Shown here: positions 52,615-62,037 of the stretch, piece by piece
Numbering within the stretch: position 1 is the stretch's first letter
Layout: each line of letters opens with the position of its first letter
From: an uncultured Acidobacteriota bacterium
Lineage (GTDB): Bacteria > Acidobacteriota > Blastocatellia > RBC074
Length of the DNA: 64,000 nucleotides
Assembly: GCA_963796275.1 (NCBI GenBank)
Contig: CAWCKY010000006.1
Span: 2,848,001 to 2,912,000 of the forward strand
Direction of reading: 5' to 3'
Translations under genes and position numbers: made by a program
The notes under the pieces: generated by a model
Databases searched by the model: none
Seen by the model: only the letters and a program-made list of their open reading frames with translations
What the model was told of the DNA's origin: nothing

Positions 52615-53460
52615 ATGGGCGCGAGACCACGATTCTTGATCACTTCTGCCGTTCTCTTTCTCACTTTCGTCTCACCGTCACTCCACGCTGGCAGCAGCGG
52701 TGACAAAGAGCAGAGGGAAAAGCTTGATCGCATGACGGTACAGCTAGAAGAGCTGAAGACTGAGATCATGATGCTAGGCGAACAGGTGGAGAGCTTGCGA
52801 GAAGTAATCAGGCGGACGGGCGGTGAACAGAGTACATTGATCATACAAATGCGCGATAACATCTCAGCCATTGGCAGGGCGCAATCCTCCGTATCGACTA
52901 ATAGCAGCGATATCCTGGGGCAACTGCACGCGACGGGTGAACGCATTACGGCCGCAAATGACCAGATAGAAGGGCTTTCAGAGGAGTTCACCAGACTTCA
53001 AAGGCTGATCGAAGAGACTCCCGAACAGCCGGCCTTCATGCAAGTCACGCCGGGTAACCCGGTCCAATTGTTCGCTGCAGCGTACAGTGATTATTCACGC
53101 GGTAACTACGCGCTCTCATTCTCTGAATTCCAACAGTTCGTCGACACCTATCGTAGTTCGGATCTAGCCGATAACGCGCAATACTGGATCGGCGAGATTT
53201 TCTTCGGACAGAAGATGTTTCAAGAATCACTCGACGCTTTCGCGCGCGTTGTCCATATTAGCCCGAAAGGAGATAAAGCGACCGCTGCGCTCTATAAGCG
53301 CGCGGTCGTGTTCGAAGAAATGGGACGGCGCGAGGATGCCGTGAAGCAACTTCAGGTGTTAATAAAAGTCTATCCAAATAGCTATGAGGCGAACCTCGCA
53401 AAGCGGCAATTACATCAGTGGAAGCAACCAGGTGATGCTACGAACTCAAATTGGAATTAG
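52615..53460 (+). CDS. CpoB/YbgF-like coiled-coil plus TPR protein
   Basis: Signal peptide, coiled coil, AYSDYSRGNY..LADNAQYWIGE..YPNSYEA. Confidence 0.82.
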   Translation: MGARPRFLITSAVLFLTFVSPSLHAGSSGDKEQREKLDRMTVQLEELKTEIMMLGEQVESLREVIRRTGGEQSTLIIQMRDNISAIGRAQSSVSTNSSDILGQLHATGERITAANDQIEGLSEEFTRLQRLIEETPEQPAFMQVTPGNPVQLFAAAYSDYSRGNYALSFSEFQQFVDTYRSSDLADNAQYWIGEIFFGQKMFQESLDAFARVVHISPKGDKATAALYKRAVVFEEMGRREDAVKQLQVLIKVYPNSYEANLAKRQLHQWKQPGDATNSNWN

Positions 53461-53487
53461 CCCCCGCTGCTTCCTAAAAGTGGTGGG

Positions 53488-53592
53488 TACAGCACAGCTC
53501 GCGGTAGCAGGATAAGATGGTGTCTGATTCCCATTGAAAATCCATGGGGATGATTCAAGGGAAAACAACCTGCTACCGCGAGCTGTGCTGTA
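53488..53592. repeat. REP/REPIN-like inverted repeat
   Basis: Perfect 24-bp arms TACAGCACAGCTCGCGGTAGCAGG / CCTGCTACCGCGAGCTGTGCTGTA. Confidence 0.8.
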
Positions 53593-53717
53593 TCCTCCCT
53601 GGATTTCGCATAAAACCGATTGAGGCTGAAGAAACTTGCTCTTACTGATTGGCACCGTCTTTGTGGATCACGGGCCAGATATGCAGGCCTGAGATACGGT
53701 TCGGAAGGAAATCACAT

Positions 53718-54050
53718 GTGTTGCGATTCGCGGGTTCCACGTTATCGGGCTATGGGATCACAATGCTCGCCGTTGCGCTCGCGCTGCTGATCGTGTTGCT
53801 GGTCAAGCCTCTGATTGGAGCGCACGTCGTTCCGGTATTCTTATTCGCGGTGATGGTGAGCGCCTGGTATGGTGGGGGTGGCGCAGGTTTGCTGGCTACA
53901 CTAAGCTCAGCTCTCCTCATCGGCTTCTTCTTTTACCTCCAGTCTTTTCGTTGATGATCGGGATTGCTAATGCGTTACGCTTAACCTTGTCTGTGGTATT
54001 GGCATCGCTCATCAACCTGCTCTGCACGACCGTCGCCCGTGATGCGTTGG
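53718..54050 (+). pseudogene. DUF4118 (KdpD-type TM sensor) fragment, frameshifted, with no kinase domain
   Basis: FLFAVMVSAWYGGGGAGLLATLSS, then LRLTLSVVLASLI in another frame. Confidence 0.65.
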
Positions 54051-54193
54051 AATGCTCGCTCTATTTTTACGACACCACAAAGAATCACAGCAGTCGCTGG
54101 CGTAGCATGAGTCTGTGCAGCAACCGTGCCAAAGCGGCGGCGCATAATCGACCGTCATGCCCTGGTTAGCCACGCGATCATAGATAGAATAAT

Positions 54194-54862
54194 ATGATGG
54201 AACCAAAATTCATTCCGCTTACAACCTATCGGGAATACCCTCAGGAGGAGATGACGCGCCGCGCGACTAATTTTCTTGCCGAGATGCAACAGAGACGCAC
54301 CGTGCGTTATTTTTCCAGCCGACCTGTTCCGCGCGAGATCATCGAGAGTTGTCTGCTGGCTGCCGGCACGGCGCCGAGCGGCGCGAATCTACAGCCGTGG
54401 CATTTTGTCGTGGTGGGCGATCCTGGAATCAAGCGCCATATACGCGAGCCCGCAGAAAAGGAAGAGTATGAGTTTTATCATGGGCGAGCTCCGCAGGAAT
54501 GGCTCGATGCGCTGGCTCCGTTAGGTACGGATGAACAAAAGCCATACTTAGAAACAGCACCCTATTTGATTGTAGTCTTCGCTCAAAGCTACGGGTTGTT
54601 GCCGGATGGTCGGAAGGTGAAGCATTATTACGTCAGCGAGTCGGTAGGCATAGCTACCGGGATGCTGATTACGGCTATTCACCAGGTGGGGTTGGTCTCG
54701 CTGACGCACACTCCCAGCCCCATGGGTTTTTTGAACAAGATACTGGGGCGTCCGAGTCAGGAGAAGCCGTTTTTGATTCTGATAGTGGGCTATCCAGCGG
54801 AAGATGCAGTTGTGCCGGAAATCAGCAAAAAAACGTTGGATGATATCGCAACTTTTCTTTAG
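54194..54862 (+). CDS. Nitroreductase family protein, iodotyrosine deiodinase (IYD)-like
   Basis: [57 protein letters not shown]. Confidence 0.85.
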   Translation: MMEPKFIPLTTYREYPQEEMTRRATNFLAEMQQRRTVRYFSSRPVPREIIESCLLAAGTAPSGANLQPWHFVVVGDPGIKRHIREPAEKEEYEFYHGRAPQEWLDALAPLGTDEQKPYLETAPYLIVVFAQSYGLLPDGRKVKHYYVSESVGIATGMLITAIHQVGLVSLTHTPSPMGFLNKILGRPSQEKPFLILIVGYPAEDAVVPEISKKTLDDIATFL

Positions 54863-54914
54863 TGTATTTGCAGCATCTGACTCTGCCCGAGGTAGATGAC
54901 TGAGGGGGCGAAAT

Positions 54915-55784
54915 ATGAAACCCTGGCTGATTGTGTTGATTGTAGTTATTGGGTTGCTCGCGGCTGGCGTGATCATTGGTAATCAGAAGCGGATGGCTGT
55001 CTCCTCTCCCACCGTCCCACTCGTCTCCGCGCAAAGCAGTAAGCAACTGATGGGAAGACGGACTCCGGTCATCGTAGAATTGTTCACGTCGGAGGGCTGT
55101 TCGAGTTGCCCGCCGGCGGATGAGGTGCTGGCCCGGCTGGAACGCACACAACCGGTGGAGGGCGCGGAGATCATCGCGCTCGGCGAGCACGTCGATTACT
55201 GGAACTACATCGGTTGGTCCGATCCGTTCTCCTCTCCCATCTTCAGCGAACGGCAGGGTGCATATGCGGAAGCCTTCGGGCGGGACGGTGTCTATACTCC
55301 GCAGATGGTGGTGGATGGGAGCGCGGAGTTCGTCGGTAGCAATTGGAACAAAGCTGTGACCGCCATCGCTCAAGCGGCGCGCGCTCCGAAGGCCGACGTG
55401 CAAATCATGACGGCTCGGAAAAAAGAAGGCGCTGTCTCATTGCAGGTGCATGTCGGTAATCTTCCAGCGGTGACGGCGGGTGAAACGATTGATCTGTTTC
55501 AGGTGGTCACAGAAAGCGATCTGTCGTCGAATGTCTTGCGCGGTGAGAATGCCGGCCGCAGGCTCAATCACAGGACTGTGGTCAGACAGCTCAGCCTGAT
55601 CTATAGCGCAGAAGCGAAGCCGGGCGCTTCGTTTTCAGCGGAGTCAACCGTGGCATTGACGAAAGGCTGGAATACGGAAAACCTGCGCGCCGTGGCGTTC
55701 GCACAGGAACGCAAGAGCCGCCGGGTAATCGGCGCGGGAACGGTGAAGCTGGCGGACAGGTCGAGGCCCAATACCCACGACTGA
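54915..55784 (+). CDS. DUF1223 exported thioredoxin-like protein
   Basis: VELFTSEGCSSCPPAD, HVDYWN..GWSDPFS, YTPQMVVDG, RGENAGR. Confidence 0.9.
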   Translation: MKPWLIVLIVVIGLLAAGVIIGNQKRMAVSSPTVPLVSAQSSKQLMGRRTPVIVELFTSEGCSSCPPADEVLARLERTQPVEGAEIIALGEHVDYWNYIGWSDPFSSPIFSERQGAYAEAFGRDGVYTPQMVVDGSAEFVGSNWNKAVTAIAQAARAPKADVQIMTARKKEGAVSLQVHVGNLPAVTAGETIDLFQVVTESDLSSNVLRGENAGRRLNHRTVVRQLSLIYSAEAKPGASFSAESTVALTKGWNTENLRAVAFAQERKSRRVIGAGTVKLADRSRPNTHD

Positions 55785-55816
55785 GTTGAGGTTCGTGTGT
55801 TACCCAGTTTTTTTCG

Positions 55817-55844
55817 TTGACAATTTTCTACCCACCCTTATACT
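55817..55844 (+). promoter_or_regulatory. Sigma-70-type promoter
   Basis: TTGACA-N16-TATACT. Confidence 0.6.
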
Positions 55845-56256
55845 GCATTTGCATTTGGTGCATTGATCGGTATCTCACAACCTCAGCCCGAAGCTGATCT
55901 ATGGTTACACGCGAGATGCCGAATACCACGCAGGAATATTCAACAACCAGCGGATCATTGCTCAGTTATTGATCAAGTTGGTGTGAAATCAAAACTATCA
56001 TTTGTGCCCGCCACATAAATGATTCACTCAGATACAGCTACTCACTCTTTTTTCACCCCTTCTCCATGACAGTGTGGTTAATGAGGGATGGTGTGTGGCA
56101 TTGACGTTATTGTGGAGTTAGTAGGTTATGGCTCCAGATAGTCGAGGTGCGTCGTGGGTAGCGTCTCGTATTTTGTTATCCGTAAACGCCGGCGAACAAG
56201 AGTTCGCAAAATGGTCAATATATTTTTTAACAAATCCTGAAGGAGAAAGTTACCTA

Positions 56257-57675
56257 ATGACAGACTCTATTCTTTTTTGGAACGAAGTTGCGCTCGAAGC
56301 CAATCGAGTAAGTCACACCAATGGAGCAATGGAACAGACCGGTCCGACGCTGAGTTCACGCGCCTTGGCGATCGTTCATTTAGCAATGTACGATACTTAT
56401 GCGGCCGTGAATCCGTCTGCAGGATTGCCGCCTTATCTGCCGGGACTACCATCTCCTCCCTCTGGTGCGTCGGTGCAAGCAGCAGTTGCGGGGGCGGCCC
56501 ACACTACCTTATCGGCGTTGTTTTCGAGCCAAAGAGCTTTTTTTAATGCCAGGCTTTCGGAGGCCGGAGGGATACTTAATCCCGGCTACGAATTCGGAGT
56601 CAGTGTCGCTTTTGCGATTCTTCAAGATAGAGCGGAAGACCCGAACGCGAGTGACGCCGGGTTCTTGCCATCACTTGCGCGTGGCCGCCACCGCATCGAC
56701 CCCGACAATCCCGGCCAGGGGTTTCACGCGCCATTCTATGGAGCCCGATCGAAGGGATTTGCTATCACCGAACGTCACGAGCTTAAGCCGCCGCCGTTCG
56801 ACAATCAGGAATACTTGACAGCGTTGAGAGAAGTGCGCGGCAGAGGCATTGCTCCAGAGTTGATGGGAACACTGCCGGACGGTTTCAATCGGCGAACGAT
56901 TGACCAGACATTAATCGGCATCGTCTGGGCATATGATGGGGCGATTGGAATTGGAACTCCGCCGCGTTTGTATAACCAGATCGTGCGTCTTGTCGCAATC
57001 GCTCAAGGCAATACAGAAGCTGAAAATGCCCGCTTGTTCGCGCTCGTCAACACGGCGATGGGCGATGCCGGCATTTTGGCCTGGGATCAGAAATATCTTC
57101 ACGATTTCTGGCGACCAGTTGTCGGCATTCGTGAGCATGACATGTCGCTTGGACTGGCTGGAGAAGCTGATAACGATATTTCAGACGACACGGACACAGG
57201 ATGGTTGCCGTTAGGTTCGCCAGCTACCAATTCGACCAACAAGAATTTCACGCCGAATTTCCCAGCCTATCCGTCAGGACATGCGACCTTCGGAGCGGCT
57301 GCCTTTCATATCACGCGGCTATTTTATAAGGTGCCGCTTGAAGATAGAAAACCTGACAATCTGTTCAAGAACCTTGGCTTTGTCTCGGACGAATTCAATG
57401 GCATCAACCAGGATAATCGAGGCACGATTCGACCGAGGCATCTTCGCAATTTCCCCGGCGGGCTATGGCAGATGATAGAGGAGAACGGGCGTAGCCGCGT
57501 CTATCTCGGCGTTCATTGGGTATTTGACGCTTTTGCCGTCGATAAGAAGGGCGAACCGGACTTTTCAAGAAATATCGGCGGAGTTCCGCTCGGTCTGACA
57601 ATAGCGGAAGACCTTTTCAAAAACGGGTTGAAAAGGTCGAAGGTAGGCCCGCGACCAAGCAATAACAACAAATAA
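56257..57675 (+). CDS. Vanadium-dependent haloperoxidase (chloroperoxidase-like, PAP2 superfamily)
   Basis: GPTLSSRALAIVHLAMYD, KYLHDFWRP, PAYPSGHA, SRVYLGVHW; AAGGAG RBS. Confidence 0.88.
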   Translation: MTDSILFWNEVALEANRVSHTNGAMEQTGPTLSSRALAIVHLAMYDTYAAVNPSAGLPPYLPGLPSPPSGASVQAAVAGAAHTTLSALFSSQRAFFNARLSEAGGILNPGYEFGVSVAFAILQDRAEDPNASDAGFLPSLARGRHRIDPDNPGQGFHAPFYGARSKGFAITERHELKPPPFDNQEYLTALREVRGRGIAPELMGTLPDGFNRRTIDQTLIGIVWAYDGAIGIGTPPRLYNQIVRLVAIAQGNTEAENARLFALVNTAMGDAGILAWDQKYLHDFWRPVVGIREHDMSLGLAGEADNDISDDTDTGWLPLGSPATNSTNKNFTPNFPAYPSGHATFGAAAFHITRLFYKVPLEDRKPDNLFKNLGFVSDEFNGINQDNRGTIRPRHLRNFPGGLWQMIEENGRSRVYLGVHWVFDAFAVDKKGEPDFSRNIGGVPLGLTIAEDLFKNGLKRSKVGPRPSNNNK

Positions 57676-57734
57676 AACCCAGCCACTACAGCGTTCCATA
57701 TGAATGAACAGGCTGTATGAAACCGGAGGCTGTC

Positions 57735-57774
57735 GCCACCGTAGCGCAAACTGTCTGGTTTGCGCTACGGTGGC
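57735..57774. repeat. GTAG-type REP-like hairpin between convergent genes (possible terminator)
   Basis: 17-bp perfect stem GCCACCGTAGCGCAAAC-N6-GTTTGCGCTACGGTGGC. Confidence 0.75.
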
Positions 57775-57813
57775 CGATCGACATCGGAAAATCGTCACGC
57801 GCATCCATCAGGA

Positions 57814-58464
57814 TCATTTCTTGGCATACGCTTTGGCGGCGGCCAGGAGAATCTCCGGATACAGGCGCACTTTGTAATCGGGATTGACGTATTGAAAAAG
57901 AATCATCCCATTCTTCCCGATAATAAAGACGGCCGGCACCGGCAAGAGATGGTGCTTGGCTCCGGAATGTTCTTCCAGATCAAGCTTGAATTTATTCTTA
58001 TAGGTGTCGAAAGTTTGATCATCGACACGAAAAGCGATGCCGAATCCCTTAATCCCGGTTGCCTCGCTGTCGGAGACTAACGTATATGTGAGACTTTGTT
58101 TTTCAATGGAGGCTGAGAGCTTCTCCGGTTTGTCAGGGCTGACGGCAACGATCTGATAGCCTAATTCGGTGAGTTGTGATTCGATTTTTCGCAGTTGTCC
58201 CAACTGCGTGTTGCAATAAGGTCACCATCCGCCGCGATAGAAGATGAGAATTACAGGTTTATCCGCTGCCGCCTTTCGCAGATCAAAATTGCTGCCGTCA
58301 GGCTTTTTGAAACTGACATCGGGGGCTTGTGCGCCCACCAACAAAGGATGCACCTTTTCGGCCGAGTCAGGGACCGACTGAGCATAACCCTCCACTGCGC
58401 CTGCAATCAGCAGTAATCCGCAACAGAGCGATATCATCTCTTTCCTTAATAAGCTAATACGCAT
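57814..58464 (-). CDS. Exported AhpC/TSA peroxiredoxin-like selenoprotein (Sec at TGA 58222-58224)
   Basis: FYRGGW-TGA-PYCNTQL joins two in-frame ORFs into a UxxC protein; SECIS-like hairpin downstream. Confidence 0.85.
58190..58208 (-). promoter_or_regulatory. Bacterial SECIS-like hairpin
   Basis: CGCAGUUG-GGA-CAACUGCG starting 13 nt after the UGA, with G in the apical loop. Confidence 0.7.
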
Positions 58465-58724
58465 CTTATTCGTTCCTCCAGTATCGGATATGTGTAAGTG
58501 TTACGATTGTTTCTTCATTCAATGTATATACGCTACACATGTTTTTATTCCAATTCCCAGGCCGAGCATGAAAAACCACAGCGCGGGCGCTGGAGGTCTA
58601 ATGGCTGAATGAGTCGCGCTTCACGAGCGGGCGATACGCGGGTCGATCCGAAGCCAGTCAGCGTGACGGCGCTTTTCCGAAGACATGGGGTTCCGACTCC
58701 ATAATCCATCGCCTAACTGCATTC

Positions 58725-58755
58725 TTGACAATAGACCGACCGTCGGTCTATTGTC
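58725..58755 (+). promoter_or_regulatory. TetR operator palindrome overlapping a sigma-70 promoter
   Basis: GACAATAGACCGAC-C-GTCGGTCTATTGTC overlapping TTGACA, a few bases before the ATG. Confidence 0.8.
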
Positions 58756-58762
58756 TCCTCCT

Positions 58763-59500
58763 ATGGTTAGAATCGTTAAGAAAGCTGACGAGCGCCGAAC
58801 AGAGATTCTGGAGGCGGCACAGCGGTTATTTATGAGCCGCGGCTATGACGCGACCACGGTGAACGATCTGATCAGTGCCGTTGGGATATCAAAGGGCGCT
58901 TTCTATCATCATTTTTCTTCAAAGGATGATGTCCTCCGCGCGCTTGTCTGGAACATGGCCGAACAGGGTCTTGCGGCTCTCTCGCCCATTTTTGAGCGAG
59001 AAGATATCACGCCGCTTGAGAAACTGAAGTCATTCTTCAACAGTGGTCAACAGTACAAAAAAGAGAATGCCCCTGCACTCCGTTCGATTATCGAGGTGCT
59101 CTTTCGTGAGGAGAATCTGCGTCTTCGCCTGCAGGCGGCCGAACAAATGACCGAGATCATCGTGCCTCATCTCGGGAGGGTTCTTGAGGAGGGGGCGAAG
59201 ACTGGCCAATTCGATATTGATGATCCAGTCGAGACGGCGCGGCTCGTCCTCAACCTTGGCGCGCTCCTGCACGAGGCATTTGCCGTAGCCTTGAAGCTCG
59301 CAAAGTCAGGCAACCCGGACGCCACCTTGCTCCTCAGGAAACGCACTGACATTTGCGAGCGAGCCATCGAGCGTCTCCTGGGCATTCCTGAGGGGAGCCT
59401 CTCGATCGTCGATCCTGAGTTGATAGAGCTGTTTCTTGTGCCGATATCGGCGCCGGGCGAGAGTGTGAGTCGAGGCGGCATCGGAGAAGGGAAGAAGTAG
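58763..59500 (+). CDS. TetR/AcrR family transcriptional regulator
   Basis: ERRTEILEAAQRLF..GYDATTV..GISKGAFYHHFSSK. Confidence 0.93.
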   Translation: MVRIVKKADERRTEILEAAQRLFMSRGYDATTVNDLISAVGISKGAFYHHFSSKDDVLRALVWNMAEQGLAALSPIFEREDITPLEKLKSFFNSGQQYKKENAPALRSIIEVLFREENLRLRLQAAEQMTEIIVPHLGRVLEEGAKTGQFDIDDPVETARLVLNLGALLHEAFAVALKLAKSGNPDATLLLRKRTDICERAIERLLGIPEGSLSIVDPELIELFLVPISAPGESVSRGGIGEGKK

Positions 59501-59504
59501 TTAT

Positions 59505-60329
59505 ATGGAAAACTCGTATTCAAGCATCCAGGCCAGGCCGCGGGGAGGGGAGAGATCGCAAGCCGTTTCCCCAGTTACCCAGCTTGGGGCGGCGATTCGC
59601 ATTGAGGGGCTCACCAAGCGATTCAAGGACGTCACCGCGGTCGACCGCGTTACCTTCAGCGTTAGCGAGGGCGAGATCTTCGGCTTCATGGGACACAACG
59701 GTGCAGGTAAAACCACCACGATCAAAATGCTCCTGGGCCTCATCACACCGAGCGCCGGATCGGCCTCCGTTCTCGGACACGACATCCAGCGCGAAAGCAT
59801 CGAGGTTCGGCGTCTCTCGGGTTATCTGCCGGGGAGCTACGCGCTGCCGAAGGAGATGACGGCGGCCGCGTTCCTCGCCTACATCGCCTCGATGTTCGGC
59901 ATCCCGAGGAAAGCGGCGAAGGCCAGGATCAACGAGCTACTCGATCTGTTCGATCTTTCTGCAGTCGCTCATAAGAAGCTCGGCGGCTATTCGTCGGGCA
60001 TGACCCAGAAGATCGGCCTCGCGCAGGCTCTTATCAACGAGCCGAGAGTCTTATTCCTTGACGAGCCGACGGCCGGACTCGATCCACTCGGCCGCCATGA
60101 GTTTCTGCAGCATATCAAGCATCTAGCCAGAGACAGGGGCGTGACCGTGATGTTCTCGACGCACATCTTGAGTGACATCGAGGCGGTCTGTGAAAGCGTG
60201 GCCATTCTGCACCGTGGGAGGCTCGTGGCCGAGGGCCAGCTTGATGATCTCAAGCGAGCTCATGGAGAGACCAATATGGATGAACTCTACCTGAAACTCG
60301 CGCGACAGATGGAGGGGCATTATGAGTAG
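59505..60329 (+). CDS. ABC transporter ATP-binding protein
   Basis: GHNGAGKTT, YSSGM, FLDEPT. Confidence 0.95.
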   Translation: MENSYSSIQARPRGGERSQAVSPVTQLGAAIRIEGLTKRFKDVTAVDRVTFSVSEGEIFGFMGHNGAGKTTTIKMLLGLITPSAGSASVLGHDIQRESIEVRRLSGYLPGSYALPKEMTAAAFLAYIASMFGIPRKAAKARINELLDLFDLSAVAHKKLGGYSSGMTQKIGLAQALINEPRVLFLDEPTAGLDPLGRHEFLQHIKHLARDRGVTVMFSTHILSDIEAVCESVAILHRGRLVAEGQLDDLKRAHGETNMDELYLKLARQMEGHYE

Positions 60330-61149
60330 TGCTGTGAGCAGCATCGCAGCAAAATCAGCCCGAGCTGAACCCGCCGTGGGGTTCTTTCGCGAGGAGTTCT
60401 TCAGAGTCTTGAAGAGCCGTCAGGCCGCGCTCGTCATCGCGGCGGTGATCTACTCGATGGTTGCGCTGCCATTCTTACTCGCCAAGCCCCACGAGGAGAT
60501 TCTGATCGCCCTCAGGAGCTGGTTCGGCGAGTCTCGCCTCGATCTCAGGTTCTTCCTCTTCGTATGGTTCGATCTCGTTATGAACAAGATCTCCGTTCTG
60601 ATCGGCGCTGTGCTCGCGGCAGGTATCATCACCGACGAGCGGAGCAAGAATATGCTCGACATCTTTCTGTCGAAGCCTGTCTCGCCGCGGCGATACTTCC
60701 TGGTGAAATTGATGGCCGCAGCCGCAGTAGTCATTGTGATTTATCTGGCAGCGGTGCTCGCCGGCGCCATCCGCTTCTCGTATGCAGTGAAAGGCTTCGA
60801 AGTTGGGATATTTCTTCTCCTCGCGTCGGTCCATATGCTGGTTGCTGTGTACTCAGTCGTCTTTGCCGGGACAATGGCGGTCTTTTTCCGTCACAAGCTC
60901 ACCGCAATGCTCACCACGGTCATGATGCTCTCCATCTTCGTGGGCTGCGCTTTCCTGGGCTTCTATGATCCAAGGTTTAGAATACCGAGCCTGCTGAACC
61001 CCTTCTACCACGCCGTCGCCCTGATCGGCTCGATCGATACCTTCGGGCTGGCCGATGTAATGAAACCCGTGCTCTGGCTCATAGGGTTCAACGTCGTGAC
61101 GGCTATGGTCGGAGCTCGACGCGCCTCCGGCATCAGCCAGAAGGATTGA
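60322..61149 (+). CDS. ABC-2 type permease
   Basis: Multiple TM segments, ITDERSKNMLDIFLSKPVS. Confidence 0.85.
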   Translation: MSSAVSSIAAKSARAEPAVGFFREEFFRVLKSRQAALVIAAVIYSMVALPFLLAKPHEEILIALRSWFGESRLDLRFFLFVWFDLVMNKISVLIGAVLAAGIITDERSKNMLDIFLSKPVSPRRYFLVKLMAAAAVVIVIYLAAVLAGAIRFSYAVKGFEVGIFLLLASVHMLVAVYSVVFAGTMAVFFRHKLTAMLTTVMMLSIFVGCAFLGFYDPRFRIPSLLNPFYHAVALIGSIDTFGLADVMKPVLWLIGFNVVTAMVGARRASGISQKD

Positions 61150-61928
61150 ATATGCTATCGGACTACTCTAAGCACGAAGTTCGCGCTGCGTTTCGCCCTT
61201 ACCACCCCGTCGTTTTGGCAAGTTATATGGCCGGTTCGGTGGGGTTGTCATTTCTGTTTCCGAGCATGCCTGAGGCCATCTACAGATTCTTCAAGAAGGT
61301 TTTCGCGATGAATAACTGGACGGAGATCATCCTTATCAATGATTTCACGGGGATATTCTTCATACTTTTCTGGGTCGGAGTCATCGACCTGCTTCGCGTA
61401 TATGTGCTGCCCAAAGAGGAGGGCTACCTCGAACTTCTATTCTCCAAACCTCTCAGCAGGGCGCAGTACCTGTTTGCCAATGTATTACCAGTCTTCGGGA
61501 TAATTGCCGGGATGGGCATCGTTCTGTCGCTCTTCTTGCCTCTGAAGATCGCCCTCATCAACGGTACCGCGGATCTTCACCTGGCGGGGGCCGTGTGTGC
61601 GGGGATTGTGACGACCGCCCTGGTGCTATCGCTCCTGGCGCTGCTCAACCTGGTGTTTCTCTTTGCTAGAGAGACCTACTACGCTGTACTCCTGGCTTTC
61701 GTGGTGTTCACGCTCATGGTCCTTCCGGGCTCTATCTTCATGTATCGGCCCGACGTATTCCAGGATCATGCGGTGCTGCGCGGTCTCATAATCTTTCCCG
61801 GGAATCTCTTGTGGTTCAGCGAATCATTGCCGATGATCACACCGATCATTCTGATCGTCGCCGTTGCCACCAGCGCTTTGTTGCTTGCTGGAAGCAGTTG
61901 GCGTCTCAAGAGATTGGACATCGTGTGA
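61146..61928 (+). CDS. ABC-2 type permease (second subunit)
   Basis: Multiple TM segments, EEGYLELLFSKPLSR. Confidence 0.8.
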   Translation: MNMLSDYSKHEVRAAFRPYHPVVLASYMAGSVGLSFLFPSMPEAIYRFFKKVFAMNNWTEIILINDFTGIFFILFWVGVIDLLRVYVLPKEEGYLELLFSKPLSRAQYLFANVLPVFGIIAGMGIVLSLFLPLKIALINGTADLHLAGAVCAGIVTTALVLSLLALLNLVFLFARETYYAVLLAFVVFTLMVLPGSIFMYRPDVFQDHAVLRGLIIFPGNLLWFSESLPMITPIILIVAVATSALLLAGSSWRLKRLDIV

Positions 61929-62037
61929 ACTGTGCCGGTGGGCTGGCTTTGTTCACAGAATTTTCTTGAAATCATTCCGGCCTACTTCGAGAAGGCCTCG
62001 GGAAAAGGCACTCGGTGTTACTTCACCGTCCCACGAT

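Noticed and set aside
53650-53665. Possible sigma-54 box TGGCACCGTCTTTGTG
   Set aside because: Weak -12 element, no UAS pair seen, and it precedes a pseudogene
58683-58702. GGGGTTCCGACTCC, reminiscent of a tRNA T-arm or guanidine riboswitch start
   Set aside because: The flanking sequence supports neither structure
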